A stretch of 64,000 bases of DNA from Ostreococcus lucimarinus (taxonomy: Eukaryota). The position numbers and the translations under genes were made by a program. Shown here piece by piece: positions 1-9,111 of this stretch (position 1 is the stretch's first letter; the number at the start of each line of letters is the position of its first letter). Under the pieces are notes generated by a model. That model saw nothing but the letters and a program-made list of their open reading frames with translations. It did no database searches and was not told the origin of the DNA. The stretch lies in the NCBI GenBank assembly GCA_000092065.1, contig CP000587.1. One strand, 5' to 3'.

Positions 1-2
1 CG

Positions 3-110
3 GAGGAAGTACTCGAGCGCGTCATCGCGCAAGCCGAAAGCGTCGAAGACGCTATGAGTCACCAATCGCGGGCGCTTGGAAGCGGCGATTTCGAAATCGA
101 AGAGTGGTGA
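3..110 (+). CDS. C-terminal fragment of a gene that starts upstream of the window; unknown function
   Basis: Frame 3 is open from the window edge and translates to ...EEVLERVIAQAESVEDAMSHQSRALGSGDFEIEEW, ending in TGA at 108-110. A convergent gene's stop follows 78 bp downstream. Confidence 0.25.
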   Translation, partial: EEVLERVIAQAESVEDAMSHQSRALGSGDFEIEEW

Positions 111-139
111 TCAAGTGCCGATTCTTTATTCTTTATTCT

Positions 140-144
140 TTACA
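140..144 (-). promoter_or_regulatory. TGTAA putative poly(A) signal for the CCCH/FtsJ gene, 45 nt 3' of its stop
   Basis: Plus-strand ttaca at 140-144 lies within the ttctttattctttattctttacaaatg U-rich context. Confidence 0.4.
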
Positions 145-188
145 AATGCAACTCAAGCATCAAGCCATTCTTTATCAATCTTATACGT

Positions 189-1868
189 CTAATCCTTCCC
201 CTTACGTCGCGCAAACAGTGTTTTTTCCTCCGAACAATTCGAAAACAAGTGCTCGACGAACACATCATCGTACCCAGCATCACGACACTGCTCTATGCAC
301 GTGTCGATTACCTTTAACCAATTTTCTCGGCGTTTGCAAAAGTTCTTCGTCGACATAACCAACCAAGACTCCTTCATCGAGCTGAATTTTGTGGAAAAGT
401 CGAGTGCAATTCGCAAGCATGCCTCAGGGTGCATGTTTGCGTCGCATACGACTAATCGAAGCTCTCCACTTGCCGTCGATTGTAATCCTTCGCGCACGGT
501 TTCCACAGCGTCTTCAGCGAGCACTCGCAAGTGCGTCATAGTGGTCGGAAACGGGTTGAGCGTAATCTCTGCCGGGTCGATCGCCCATACGCAACCGGTC
601 GTCAAACGCTCGCTCAATACTTGCGTCCAACCGCCCGGAGCGGCACCGATGTCTACACAGTTCCAATCGCCTTCAATCGGCACGCGCCCGCGGAGCAACG
701 CTTCATGAAGTTTGAAGTACGCGCGACACAATGGCTTAACCTCGACGCGATAGTCTTGGAGCTTTAACGGGAAGTAAAACGCCAAATCGTCCATCGACGC
801 CTCGCCAGCCGGCGGCAATTGCGGGGCGTCTATTTCTGGTAGTACCTGCGTCGGCGCGCTCCCGGTCACCTCCATCGTCTCGTAAATCCCGCTCGTTTTC
901 CACACTCCTACGTAAGCGCGATCCCATAAGTTAACCGCATCGATGCAATGCGTACAGTCGCGAGTCGTTATACCGCCGCCCAAAGGCTTGCACGCGAGTG
1001 TGTCCCCTCGCGCATCGATAATGCGATCCATGGCGTCGTGAAGTCTTCCTTCGAGCCAGCGCGGCGCGGCGCGCACTCGCGCGTACACCGGCTTCTCTCG
1101 CGTCGCCCCAGACTCTTCGACGCACGCATCGATACACTTCTCTAACCACGCATCCATAGCGCGAATCGCTTCGTCATCCCACTCCAACCCCTCGAACGTC
1201 CTACTCCAACCACCCTCTCGCGGAAACACGAACGTCCGCTTCGTCTTCGCCATCCCGTACGGTTCCTCTCTATACAGCGCTCGCATCGCTCCCGCCGCGC
1301 CGAGCGCGTCACTTTTTATACATATCAGCGCATCCGTGTGTCTCGACAATTTGATTCGCCCCGCCTTAACCACGGCTCGCGGACCTAAAATTCTTCGCGC
1401 GCGCTCGACGTGTCGCGCCGCCATCTCCATGTCCACCATCAAGCACACATCCATCTCCCACGCCTCGCACGGTTCGTGCCTGAGCCAGCAATCGCGCGCG
1501 TCGCCGCGGTCACAAAATCCGTACTTTTCAAACGTCTCGCATCGCGGGCGCGACGGCACGTCGAGGTGCGCGCGCTGACAGTTTGGAAAGTCACAACTCT
1601 TGTCCCGGAGCATGAAGAGTTTACACAGCTCGCGTCCGTCGCTCGCGCGCGGCGTCCGCGGTTTACCAGCCGGCGGACGTATGCCCGCGATGGCGGCGTC
1701 GACGTACCGCGCGTCGTCGCACGGGCGCGACATCGCGCGCGACCGTGTGCGGCGGCGGCGGCGCCGGCCGCAAAAAGTGCGCTTCATCGCACCACCGCTC
1801 GGGACGGCGACCGCACAGCGCCGCGGCGGCATGGCGACGCGCGTCATCGCGCCCGGCGGTGCGCGCAT
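189..1868 (-). CDS. CCCH zinc-finger protein fused to an FtsJ/RrmJ-like SAM-dependent RNA 2'-O-methyltransferase domain
   Basis: The N-terminal half carries C-x8-C-x5-C-x3-H-like CCCH patterns (CDFPNCQRAH, CETFEKYGFCDRGDARDCWLRHEPC). The C-terminal half has FtsJ motifs (DIGAAPGGWTQVL, VVCDANMHPEA). The true start may be a downstream Met, e.g. the ATG at 1832-1830. Confidence 0.6.
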   Translation of the reverse strand: MRAPPGAMTRVAMPPRRCAVAVPSGGAMKRTFCGRRRRRRTRSRAMSRPCDDARYVDAAIAGIRPPAGKPRTPRASDGRELCKLFMLRDKSCDFPNCQRAHLDVPSRPRCETFEKYGFCDRGDARDCWLRHEPCEAWEMDVCLMVDMEMAARHVERARRILGPRAVVKAGRIKLSRHTDALICIKSDALGAAGAMRALYREEPYGMAKTKRTFVFPREGGWSRTFEGLEWDDEAIRAMDAWLEKCIDACVEESGATREKPVYARVRAAPRWLEGRLHDAMDRIIDARGDTLACKPLGGGITTRDCTHCIDAVNLWDRAYVGVWKTSGIYETMEVTGSAPTQVLPEIDAPQLPPAGEASMDDLAFYFPLKLQDYRVEVKPLCRAYFKLHEALLRGRVPIEGDWNCVDIGAAPGGWTQVLSERLTTGCVWAIDPAEITLNPFPTTMTHLRVLAEDAVETVREGLQSTASGELRLVVCDANMHPEACLRIALDFSTKFSSMKESWLVMSTKNFCKRRENWLKVIDTCIEQCRDAGYDDVFVEHLFSNCSEEKTLFARRKGKD

Positions 1869-2919
1869 TTATGCGCGACGCGCGCGCATCGCGCTCGTCG
1901 CGCGCGGCCGCGGCATCGCGCGATGCGCGGCGGTTGAAGATGAATCAGCGCTGAGCGCGAGCGCGAGTCCCGAGGCGTGCGCGCGGCGCGTGCGCGACGG
2001 CGACGCCACGCTGATTTGCGGCGAGGGCGACTTTTCCTTCGCGCTCGCGTTCGCCACGGCCGCGAGCGCGAACGCGCGCATCGTCGCCACTTCGCTCGCG
2101 GCGAGAGAGGAAGTCGTCGAGGCGTGGCGCGGCGGCGACAACGTGGACGCGCTGCGTAAGCGCCCGAACTGTCGAGTCGAACACGGCGTCGACGCGACGA
2201 CGCTCTCGACGACGTTCGCGAAAGAAACGTTCGATCGCGTGTTGTTTAATTTTCCGCACATTCCGGGGAAGGCGAAGATGGATAGGAATCGAGAGTTGTT
2301 GGCGGCGTATTTGCGCGAGGCGCTGCGCGTCGCGCCGAACGGCTTCGTGGAGTGCGCGTTGGCGCCCGGGCAAGGCGGAACGCTTGTGGACGGTGAAAAT
2401 AGGAGAGAGTATGGAAATTCATGGCAGTGTTACACGCACGGCGCGGAAAATGGCGCGTTGCTCGTGGAGGCGGTTCGGTTTGAAGACGCCGCGTGGCGCG
2501 CGCGAGGATACGAATCGCGCGGGCACTGGCGAGGCTTACGAGCGGAGCGCGGATTTCTCACCGAGGGCGGCGTCGTGCATGTATTTTGCGCTGAATCCCG
2601 CGCGCGCGAGCTTGGATTAGAGTGCGATCACTGCGTCCCGTTCACGCGCGACGTGAGCGTGTGGGCGAGCGCCGCCGACGACGATTCGGCTTTGACGGTT
2701 CGGCGCGCGTTCGAGCGCGCGTGCGGCGATTTCGACGCGCGCGTATCGAGCGTCGAACGCATCGATGAGTGGCGCGATGATAGCGGACGGACGAGCGAAA
2801 CGTTCCGAGTGGAGTACGCGTCGAGAACTATGGCTCTGACGCGAGCGCGCGTCAATGCGTGGAACGACGCGGCGCGAAACGCGCTCGGCGATCGACTGCG
2901 CGGGGTCGCCCCGACGTAA
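1831..2919 (+). CDS. BMT5-like (DUF2431) 25S rRNA (uridine-N3) methyltransferase family protein
   Basis: Diagnostic BMT5 motifs are ATLICGEGDFSFALAF and FDRVLFNFPHIPGK. The ORF-track start at 1600 overlaps the divergent upstream gene, so I moved the start to the ATG at 1831. TGTAA lies 21 nt after the stop. Confidence 0.6.
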   Translation: MATRVIAPGGARIYARRARIALVARGRGIARCAAVEDESALSASASPEACARRVRDGDATLICGEGDFSFALAFATAASANARIVATSLAAREEVVEAWRGGDNVDALRKRPNCRVEHGVDATTLSTTFAKETFDRVLFNFPHIPGKAKMDRNRELLAAYLREALRVAPNGFVECALAPGQGGTLVDGENRREYGNSWQCYTHGAENGALLVEAVRFEDAAWRARGYESRGHWRGLRAERGFLTEGGVVHVFCAESRARELGLECDHCVPFTRDVSVWASAADDDSALTVRRAFERACGDFDARVSSVERIDEWRDDSGRTSETFRVEYASRTMALTRARVNAWNDAARNALGDRLRGVAPT

Positions 2920-2939
2920 CGTTCTTTCGTTGTACTATT

Positions 2940-2944
2940 TGTAA
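2940..2944 (+). promoter_or_regulatory. TGTAA putative poly(A) signal for the BMT5-like gene, 21 nt 3' of its stop
   Basis: tactatttgtaacatt immediately follows the TAA stop at 2917-2919. Confidence 0.4.
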
Positions 2945-2986
2945 CATTACCCCTTCTGTCCGGTCGTATTAATCCTCGAAGCACCT

Positions 2987-3811
2987 TCATCTCGCCACGA
3001 GCGTCGGCGGAGCCGGAAGCCGATACGAGTAGTCGCCTTCGAGGTCTAAATCTCTCCCCCCCTCGCCGCCGTTCCGCACGCGCACCACTTCAATCTCAAA
3101 CAGCAACGGACCGTCGCGATAATTTTCCATCCGCCTCTTCGCCGCGAACGTGTCCGGCTGCGGAAAAACGTCGTCGTCGACCCATCCCAAGTTTGGAGGC
3201 ACCAGAATTCGCCGTATCCCGCCCTTACGCATCCCCACCACGCACGGCGTGACCGCTCGCGGAAGCTTCGTCGCCCCCAGCGTCGCCGTCTCGAAATCTC
3301 CCACGTCGTCCCTCCCCTCGTAGCCGTATCCGCGACCGTACAACAGAATCGGCGTCCCGCCGCTCGAAAACTTAAAGTACGCCCCCGACGACAGTCTGTA
3401 CACCTTGAACGCGAAATCGACGCGCGACCCCGCGACGGCTTCCTCGCCCTCCTCGCCCGCGGCGTACTCGCGATACCGCAACCCGGATCGAAGCGTCGTC
3501 GTCGGCGCGTCGTCGTCGAGCTCGGCGTCCTTTTCGTCTCGCATCGCCTCCGCGCGTCGCATCGCCGCGACGCGCGCGTCGTACGTCTCCCTGCTTCTCG
3601 CCGTCGACGTCGGCGGCGGTTTCCCGAGTCCGTACGCCTCCGCGCGCGGCGTCTCGAGCGCGCGCGTCACCGCGACCGTCGCCGCCGTCGTCATCAACCG
3701 TCGCCTCGACGCGCCTTCGCTCGCGCGCGTCGCCGCGCGCGTCGCCGCGCGCGTCGTCGAGCGTCGCGTCGACGCGCCCGCGTTCGTCCGCGACGCCGCG
3801 CGCGTCCGCAT
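2987..3811 (-). CDS. FKBP-type peptidyl-prolyl cis-trans isomerase with an Ala/Arg/Thr-rich N-terminal presequence (likely organellar or lumenal)
   Basis: The C-terminal FKBP domain reads ...[19 protein letters not shown]...[21 protein letters not shown]. The ORF-track model (2987..4210) runs antisense through LSm5, so I trimmed it to the ATG at 3811-3809 ([15 protein letters not shown]...). Confidence 0.6.
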   Translation of the reverse strand: MRTRAASRTNAGASTRRSTTRAATRAATRASEGASRRRLMTTAATVAVTRALETPRAEAYGLGKPPPTSTARSRETYDARVAAMRRAEAMRDEKDAELDDDAPTTTLRSGLRYREYAAGEEGEEAVAGSRVDFAFKVYRLSSGAYFKFSSGGTPILLYGRGYGYEGRDDVGDFETATLGATKLPRAVTPCVVGMRKGGIRRILVPPNLGWVDDDVFPQPDTFAAKRRMENYRDGPLLFEIEVVRVRNGGEGGRDLDLEGDYSYRLPAPPTLVAR

Positions 3812-3907
3812 CGCCGCGCGTCGCGCGCCGTCGTCTCGCGCGCGATCGAATCGTCGCGATCGATCGACGCCATTCCGTCGCGCGCGCGCGGATTCGACGC
3901 TCGAGCG

Positions 3908-4189
3908 ATGGCGCTCCCGGCCAAGGCGGCGAACGCGAACCCGTCGCTGGTGCTGCCGTCCGAGCTCGTCGAGCGGTGCGTCGGGAGCCCGCTGTGGGTG
4001 CTCATGAAGAGCGAGCGAGAGTTGGTCGGGACGCTGCGAGGCTTCGACGTGTACGTCAACATGGTGCTCGAGGACGTCACGGAGTACGAGACGACGGCGG
4101 AGGGACGGCGGGTGACGGGGCGGTTGGATCAGATCCTGCTGAACGGGAACAACATCGCGATGCTGGTGCCGGGGGGGGGGCCGGAGTAG
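3908..4189 (+). CDS. LSM5: U6 snRNA-associated Sm-like protein LSm5
   Basis: The 93-aa product ([46 protein letters not shown]...[20 protein letters not shown]) is collinear with LSm5 along its whole length. Confidence 0.85.
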   Translation: MALPAKAANANPSLVLPSELVERCVGSPLWVLMKSERELVGTLRGFDVYVNMVLEDVTEYETTAEGRRVTGRLDQILLNGNNIAMLVPGGGPE

Positions 4190-4337
4190 GGACGGCGCGG
4201 CGGATCGCAAAGCGCGACGCGCGGAGTAGAGAAACGAACGGTAGATTTTAATCGGATGCGACGAGCGATCGATCGGATGCGTGGATTGGTTTCGTGACGA
4301 CGCGATGCGATGGCGTTACGCGGCGCGGTGTCGGACC

Positions 4338-7300
4338 TCAGGGGGGCGCGACGTCGGCGGCGAGCGGGACGCGCGCGCGGGCGTCGGACCAAATCGCGTC
4401 TGCGCTCTTGTTTGCCGCGGAATTTGATTTCCTGCACGCGACTTTGACTGTTTTTAGCCGCGCGTTGTTTCGATCGAACTCGCGCTCGACGCGTGTCGCG
4501 CGCGAGCGAATCGCCTCTAGAACCTTGAGCGCGGTGTCCACGCCGACGTTGGCCTCGCGCACTTCGCCCATGATGTCGCTCAGGCGTGTCTCCGCGGCTT
4601 CGAGCTGCGCTTTGAGCGAGCTCACCTTGCGTTCGCGACGCTCGGCGTTGCTCGTTTTCGTTTTGTGCTTGCGCTTGGCGATTTCCCACATGCGCAACGC
4701 CGCGGATTCCGCCGCCGACGCGTGCACGACTTTGTGCGACGTCATCGTCGCTTGCTCTTCTGTACTGAGCATTAAGCTCCGCATCTTGTTCTTGTTCGCT
4801 TCAATCTTTTCCAGTCGTTCGCGCTCGAACGGGGTCAGCACGTTCGTGATCTCGTCGCGCATCTTTTCCCACTCGACGCGTAAACCCGGGAAGTGCTTGC
4901 TGAGAATCTTTTGTTCCTTTTGCCGCCGCTCGCGACACGGTTCCCAGTTACACGGACACCCGAGTCCGTGAAGCTTACCACCGCTCTGAAGAAACTCATT
5001 TGTTCGTTCTTCTCTCTCACGGATCTCGCTGTACTCATCCACCCGCGTGCTTTGATTCGCCAGAGCGCCGTCGAGCGGCGTCAGAGACTCTTGCTCGTCG
5101 ACGGCTTCGACAGAGGATCCCGCGCGCGTTTCCGCAGCGTACACGCCGACGGGGCCTTTCGTGCCCTCAACTTTTGACGCAACTAAAACTGTATTTGTCT
5201 CCGCCTTGGCTACTGAAAACGCAGCGATTTCTGTCTTCGTCAGCGGAGTGCTGCAGCCCATCGGAAACGAATCGCGGCACTGCCAAACCTTGGATTTGCG
5301 CGCCTTTAACATTTGATCAAACGGAATCTCGCGCCATCGGTCGCAGACATCGCATGCGATCCAACTGTCGCGATAGTCTTCGCACGCCACTCGGTGAAGC
5401 CGGGTGGTGAGTTCGATGAACGGCGGGCTTTTCACGAATTTGCCGTCGACGGGAATGTTAAACTCGCCGGCGGCGTGGAATTCGTCGTGAAAGCGGCTAT
5501 AAATATCAGCCTGTTGCGGATGCGTTGGGGACACGATGCAAAACACACAAATCCCGAATCCTATCGGACAGTTCGAATAGTCTTTGAACTGCACCGCCTT
5601 GCGCCGCAGGTGAATGCGAGGAAAAGGCAGAAGGCGTTGGAAGTAGCTCGTGTCGGTAGAGTTTCGGCACACGAGGATGATGCCAGGGCAATGTTCCCAC
5701 TCCACTTCGTTGATCGCTCGATTGATAAACCGCCATTGCACCTGGGCTTCGTATGGAGGGTTCACCAAGACGTGATAACCTGCCCACGGGTTAGACATCT
5801 TCAGTCCATCGTCCTTCTTGTCGTAACATTTTTCTGCGGGAATGTTTGGCCTGAGATGCGAATTCGTGCACGGGTCGAGTAAACCTTTGATGAGCGGCGC
5901 TTCAATCGTAGGGAGATCGAGTCCAAACACTTTACACGCGCCGTGAACTATCCAATCTGGCGTTAATCCGACTTTCATCGACTCCAGCGCTTGTACATTT
6001 GCCTTGTTCGTCGCCTCGGCGTCCGACTCTTCGTCGCTCGACGAACTCGCATCCGATGTCGACCACGGATCGGACCATTCTTCAACTTCGGCCGCATCTG
6101 CGCACCGAAGCGCCTTCAGCGCGCTCCCACGTGATTTTCGTCTCGATGCGGACTCGTTATACCATAGTAGCATACCTTCGCGGTACGAAGATTGCCTTTG
6201 GGCGTCGTACGGCGCTAAATCTTCCTTGGACGCCCACTCAAAGCAGTTGCTACCGAATAACTTGACGAGAGCCAAACTGCCCTCGGGTTTGATGTCAAGA
6301 AGATCGTACGCGTTTGCGCACTGTCGAAGCTTCCACGTGCGACCGGGCCACCACTGTCCTTTGTGGGTCGAGCGCAATCGCACCCAAACAATCATACCGG
6401 GTGGGAATTCCGTCAACTCGGCGTCTCGGCGCTTGATAAAACGCGAATCCGGCCGGCGCTCTCGCCTGGGCTTTTGTGTGTTCGCCGCTCCACTCTGCAC
6501 CGATGACGGTGTCGTCGTCGCGGCCTTTTTCGGCGTCTTCGTGACTTTTTTAGTGTATTTGCTCTTAGGAGCGAGCGAGCCAGCGGAGCTCTGGTCCGGT
6601 ATCGGCGTCATCGGCGCCGGCGTCGCCGGCTCATCTACTACGCAGTCGGTCGATCCCGCCGCGCGCGCGCCAACTTTATCCTTTATCGTTGCCGGCGCGC
6701 TCCTCGTCGCCTCGTCCCCATCCATCGCCGGGACATCGACGCTCAACCCCATCGTCCTCGTCTTCGCCGGCGCCCGCCCCCCGCGCGGCGTCTCCCCAAC
6801 CGTCGCCGGCGCCGACTTTTCCATCCGTTTCGATCCCGCGTCCGACCTCTCCGCGCCGACCGCGATCGCTCGCGCCCTCATTTCTCCGCCCACCGCCGCC
6901 TCGCCGCGTCCATCACCCCCCCCCCGCGCCCGCTTCGTTCCGCTCGGCGTTCGCTCGCCGCGCTCGCGCTCGGCGCGTCGCCGCCTGCACGCTCGACTCT
7001 GCGCGTTCTTCTTCGCCCTCGCCAGCTCCCGCGCCGTCGCGCCGTCGTCATCGCGCGTCGTCGTCGTCACCGCGACCGCGTCGTCGTCGTCGCGCGTCCG
7101 CGCGCGCCCTCCCGAGCGCACGGCGACGCGCTGCGTCGGCCAGTGGAGGCGAAACGCGCGCGAGGGCGCGACGCCATCGGCGTCGTCGCGCGGCGCGCGC
7201 GCGCCCGCGGGCGGTCTCGACGCGCGAGACGCGCGGCCGTTGAGCTCGGCGTTGAGCGCGCGCGCGAGTTCGACGCTCGCGAGGTCGTCGGGCGACGCGC

Positions 7301-7394
7301 GCGCGGACATTCGCGCGCCGATGTGCGCCACGTCAGCGCGAGGCGACGAGTGGATGACGGAGGACGGCGCTCGAAAGTGTGGTGAAAAATACAA
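4338..7394 (-). CDS. Large chromatin-associated protein with a PWWP domain, an NPPY-motif methyltransferase-like region, a CW-type zinc finger and a C-terminal coiled coil
   Basis: PWWP: GMIVWVRLRSTHKGQWWPGRTW...LVKLFGSNCFEWASKEDLAPY. MTase-like: LLDPCTNSH...(38 aa)...HVLVNPPYEAQVQW. zf-CW: WIACDVCDRWREIPFD...KVWQCRDSFPMGCSTP. The N-terminal ~300 aa are low complexity. The start may be the downstream Met at 7313. Confidence 0.6.
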   Translation of the reverse strand: MYFSPHFRAPSSVIHSSPRADVAHIGARMSARASPDDLASVELARALNAELNGRASRASRPPAGARAPRDDADGVAPSRAFRLHWPTQRVAVRSGGRARTRDDDDAVAVTTTTRDDDGATARELARAKKNAQSRACRRRRAERERGERTPSGTKRARGGGDGRGEAAVGGEMRARAIAVGAERSDAGSKRMEKSAPATVGETPRGGRAPAKTRTMGLSVDVPAMDGDEATRSAPATIKDKVGARAAGSTDCVVDEPATPAPMTPIPDQSSAGSLAPKSKYTKKVTKTPKKAATTTPSSVQSGAANTQKPRRERRPDSRFIKRRDAELTEFPPGMIVWVRLRSTHKGQWWPGRTWKLRQCANAYDLLDIKPEGSLALVKLFGSNCFEWASKEDLAPYDAQRQSSYREGMLLWYNESASRRKSRGSALKALRCADAAEVEEWSDPWSTSDASSSSDEESDAEATNKANVQALESMKVGLTPDWIVHGACKVFGLDLPTIEAPLIKGLLDPCTNSHLRPNIPAEKCYDKKDDGLKMSNPWAGYHVLVNPPYEAQVQWRFINRAINEVEWEHCPGIILVCRNSTDTSYFQRLLPFPRIHLRRKAVQFKDYSNCPIGFGICVFCIVSPTHPQQADIYSRFHDEFHAAGEFNIPVDGKFVKSPPFIELTTRLHRVACEDYRDSWIACDVCDRWREIPFDQMLKARKSKVWQCRDSFPMGCSTPLTKTEIAAFSVAKAETNTVLVASKVEGTKGPVGVYAAETRAGSSVEAVDEQESLTPLDGALANQSTRVDEYSEIREREERTNEFLQSGGKLHGLGCPCNWEPCRERRQKEQKILSKHFPGLRVEWEKMRDEITNVLTPFERERLEKIEANKNKMRSLMLSTEEQATMTSHKVVHASAAESAALRMWEIAKRKHKTKTSNAERRERKVSSLKAQLEAAETRLSDIMGEVREANVGVDTALKVLEAIRSRATRVEREFDRNNARLKTVKVACRKSNSAANKSADAIWSDARARVPLAADVAPP

Positions 7395-7460
7395 CGCGCG
7401 CGGAGGTTCGAGCGCGTGATGCGGTGGTGTCGGCGCGCGAGCGAGCGCGCGGTGGGATGA

Positions 7461-8669
7461 CTACGGTCCGGGCGATGCGGACGACGACGAAGACGGCGTC
7501 GCGGCGGTGTCGGACGAAGGCTTTGCGGATTTACGGTCGCGGCGGCGATCCGCCGGCGGCGGCGACGGCGGACCGGCGCGCGAGCGAGCGCCGCGATCTT
7601 GACACCAGCAGTAGAATCGAGTCGTGTGCGCGGCGCCATCGTGGTCGACGGTGCGACGTAAGAGCTCGATACCGGCGTTGGGGTCGCTCGTGGCGTCGTC
7701 GGGGACGACGACGGGGCGGTCCTTGAGCGTGATGTCGAACCAGCGCTTCGCGACGCCGTGATCTCTGCGCTTCGCGGCTTGGTACAGGCGCATGGAGATT
7801 CTGGCGTCGACGCAAGGGTCGTGCGCCTCACCTTCTTCTTGAATTTTCTCTCCCAAGAATTGCTCGGCGAGCGCGCGAAGCTTGAACGGCAGGTGCGTGT
7901 GGCGAAGATAGAGTGGAAATTGCGCCGTGTCTCGCCGCATTCCCTTCTTCCATTTGATGTCCAATACCTCGAGATCGTGCTCGACGGAGTGACCAATCAA
8001 CAAGTGCTTGACACCGACGTGCTCTCGTCGAGTCTGAACCGCCTTGCCGAGCAAAATTTGCACCACTATCGCTCTCACGCGCTCGAGCGACGGCGCGTCG
8101 GCGAGCTTCTCTGGCGTCGCCCCCGTCAATTCTTCTCGATAATCCGTGACTTCTTCCCCGGGATTCACCCAAGTGTGAAGTAATATCTCACCACTAGATC
8201 CTACAACGCACACGCGCGCGCACGCGTGTTTTTCACCCGCCTCACCGACGCCCACGAATTCGCAATCGAGCGCCACGCACGGCCAGTCGTCCACGTCGTC
8301 GTCCGCGTCCTCCGTCTCGCGAAAGATGCACGCGTGACTCGCCGTCGCCTCATCATCTTGAAATATTTCATAGCACCTCTCACACCCTGCCCGCTTATAC
8401 GCCTCCGCACACGACGCCTTGGGCAAATTCCCGACCAAATGTTGTCTCAGCGTGTCGTACGACGGAAAGTGTCGTCCGCACGCGTTGCACACGGCGTCGT
8501 GCGCGCTGTGCTGCACCAGCTTCCAGTGCGCCTCCAACGCGGTCGAATCCGCAAAGAATTTATGACAACACGCGCACGGTTTCTTCTGCGTCCGTTTCGT
8601 CGCCACTTTAAGTCCACACGCACCGAAATGACTCGACACCTCCGCCACCGTCGCGTCCGCGTCGCCCAT
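7461..8669 (-). CDS. DEDDh-family 3'-5' RNA exonuclease (REX4/SDN-like) with N-terminal C2H2-type zinc fingers
   Basis: Exonuclease motifs are ALDCEFVGVG, GHSVEHDLEVL and HDPCVDARISMRLY. The N-terminus has C2H2-like pairs (CCHKFF...HWKLVQH and CNACGRHF...HLVG). Confidence 0.7.
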   Translation of the reverse strand: MGDADATVAEVSSHFGACGLKVATKRTQKKPCACCHKFFADSTALEAHWKLVQHSAHDAVCNACGRHFPSYDTLRQHLVGNLPKASCAEAYKRAGCERCYEIFQDDEATASHACIFRETEDADDDVDDWPCVALDCEFVGVGEAGEKHACARVCVVGSSGEILLHTWVNPGEEVTDYREELTGATPEKLADAPSLERVRAIVVQILLGKAVQTRREHVGVKHLLIGHSVEHDLEVLDIKWKKGMRRDTAQFPLYLRHTHLPFKLRALAEQFLGEKIQEEGEAHDPCVDARISMRLYQAAKRRDHGVAKRWFDITLKDRPVVVPDDATSDPNAGIELLRRTVDHDGAAHTTRFYCWCQDRGARSRAGPPSPPPADRRRDRKSAKPSSDTAATPSSSSSASPGP

Positions 8670-9111
8670 CCTTATCTGCTCGATTCGTCTCTCACGCGCC
8701 CTCTCCCGCGCTCGACCGCGTCTCGCGCGTCCGCGACCGCGCCGTCGCGCGCGTGCGCGTTCGACGCGTCTCCTCTCTCTCGCGCGCGCCGATCGACCGC
8801 GCGGTCGCGTCGCGCGGCGTCCGTTCGCGCGCGGTCGCGTCGCCGATCGGTCACCGGCGCGCTCGGCGTCGCGCGCGCGCGCGCGCGCGCCCGCGCGTCG
8901 GCGCCGCGCGGGCGTGCGCGTCGACGGCGACGCGACGGGACGCCGACGACGCCGACGACGCGCGCGCGCGCGTCAACGAATGCGGACCCGCGACGTGCTG
9001 TCGCCGTTCGGTCGAACAATCCGCAGAGCGCGACGACGCGTCCGCGCGACGCGAGACGAGTCGCGCGCGAAGAGACGCGCGCGAACGATCGCGCGCGAAG
9101 AGACGCGCTCG

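Noticed and set aside
2987-4210. ORF-track FKBP model of 407 aa extending to 4210
   Set aside because: Its first 134 codons run antisense through the LSm5 gene (3908..4189) and are Pro/Arg/His-rich noise. I trimmed the model to the ATG at 3811, which begins a transit-peptide-like sequence.
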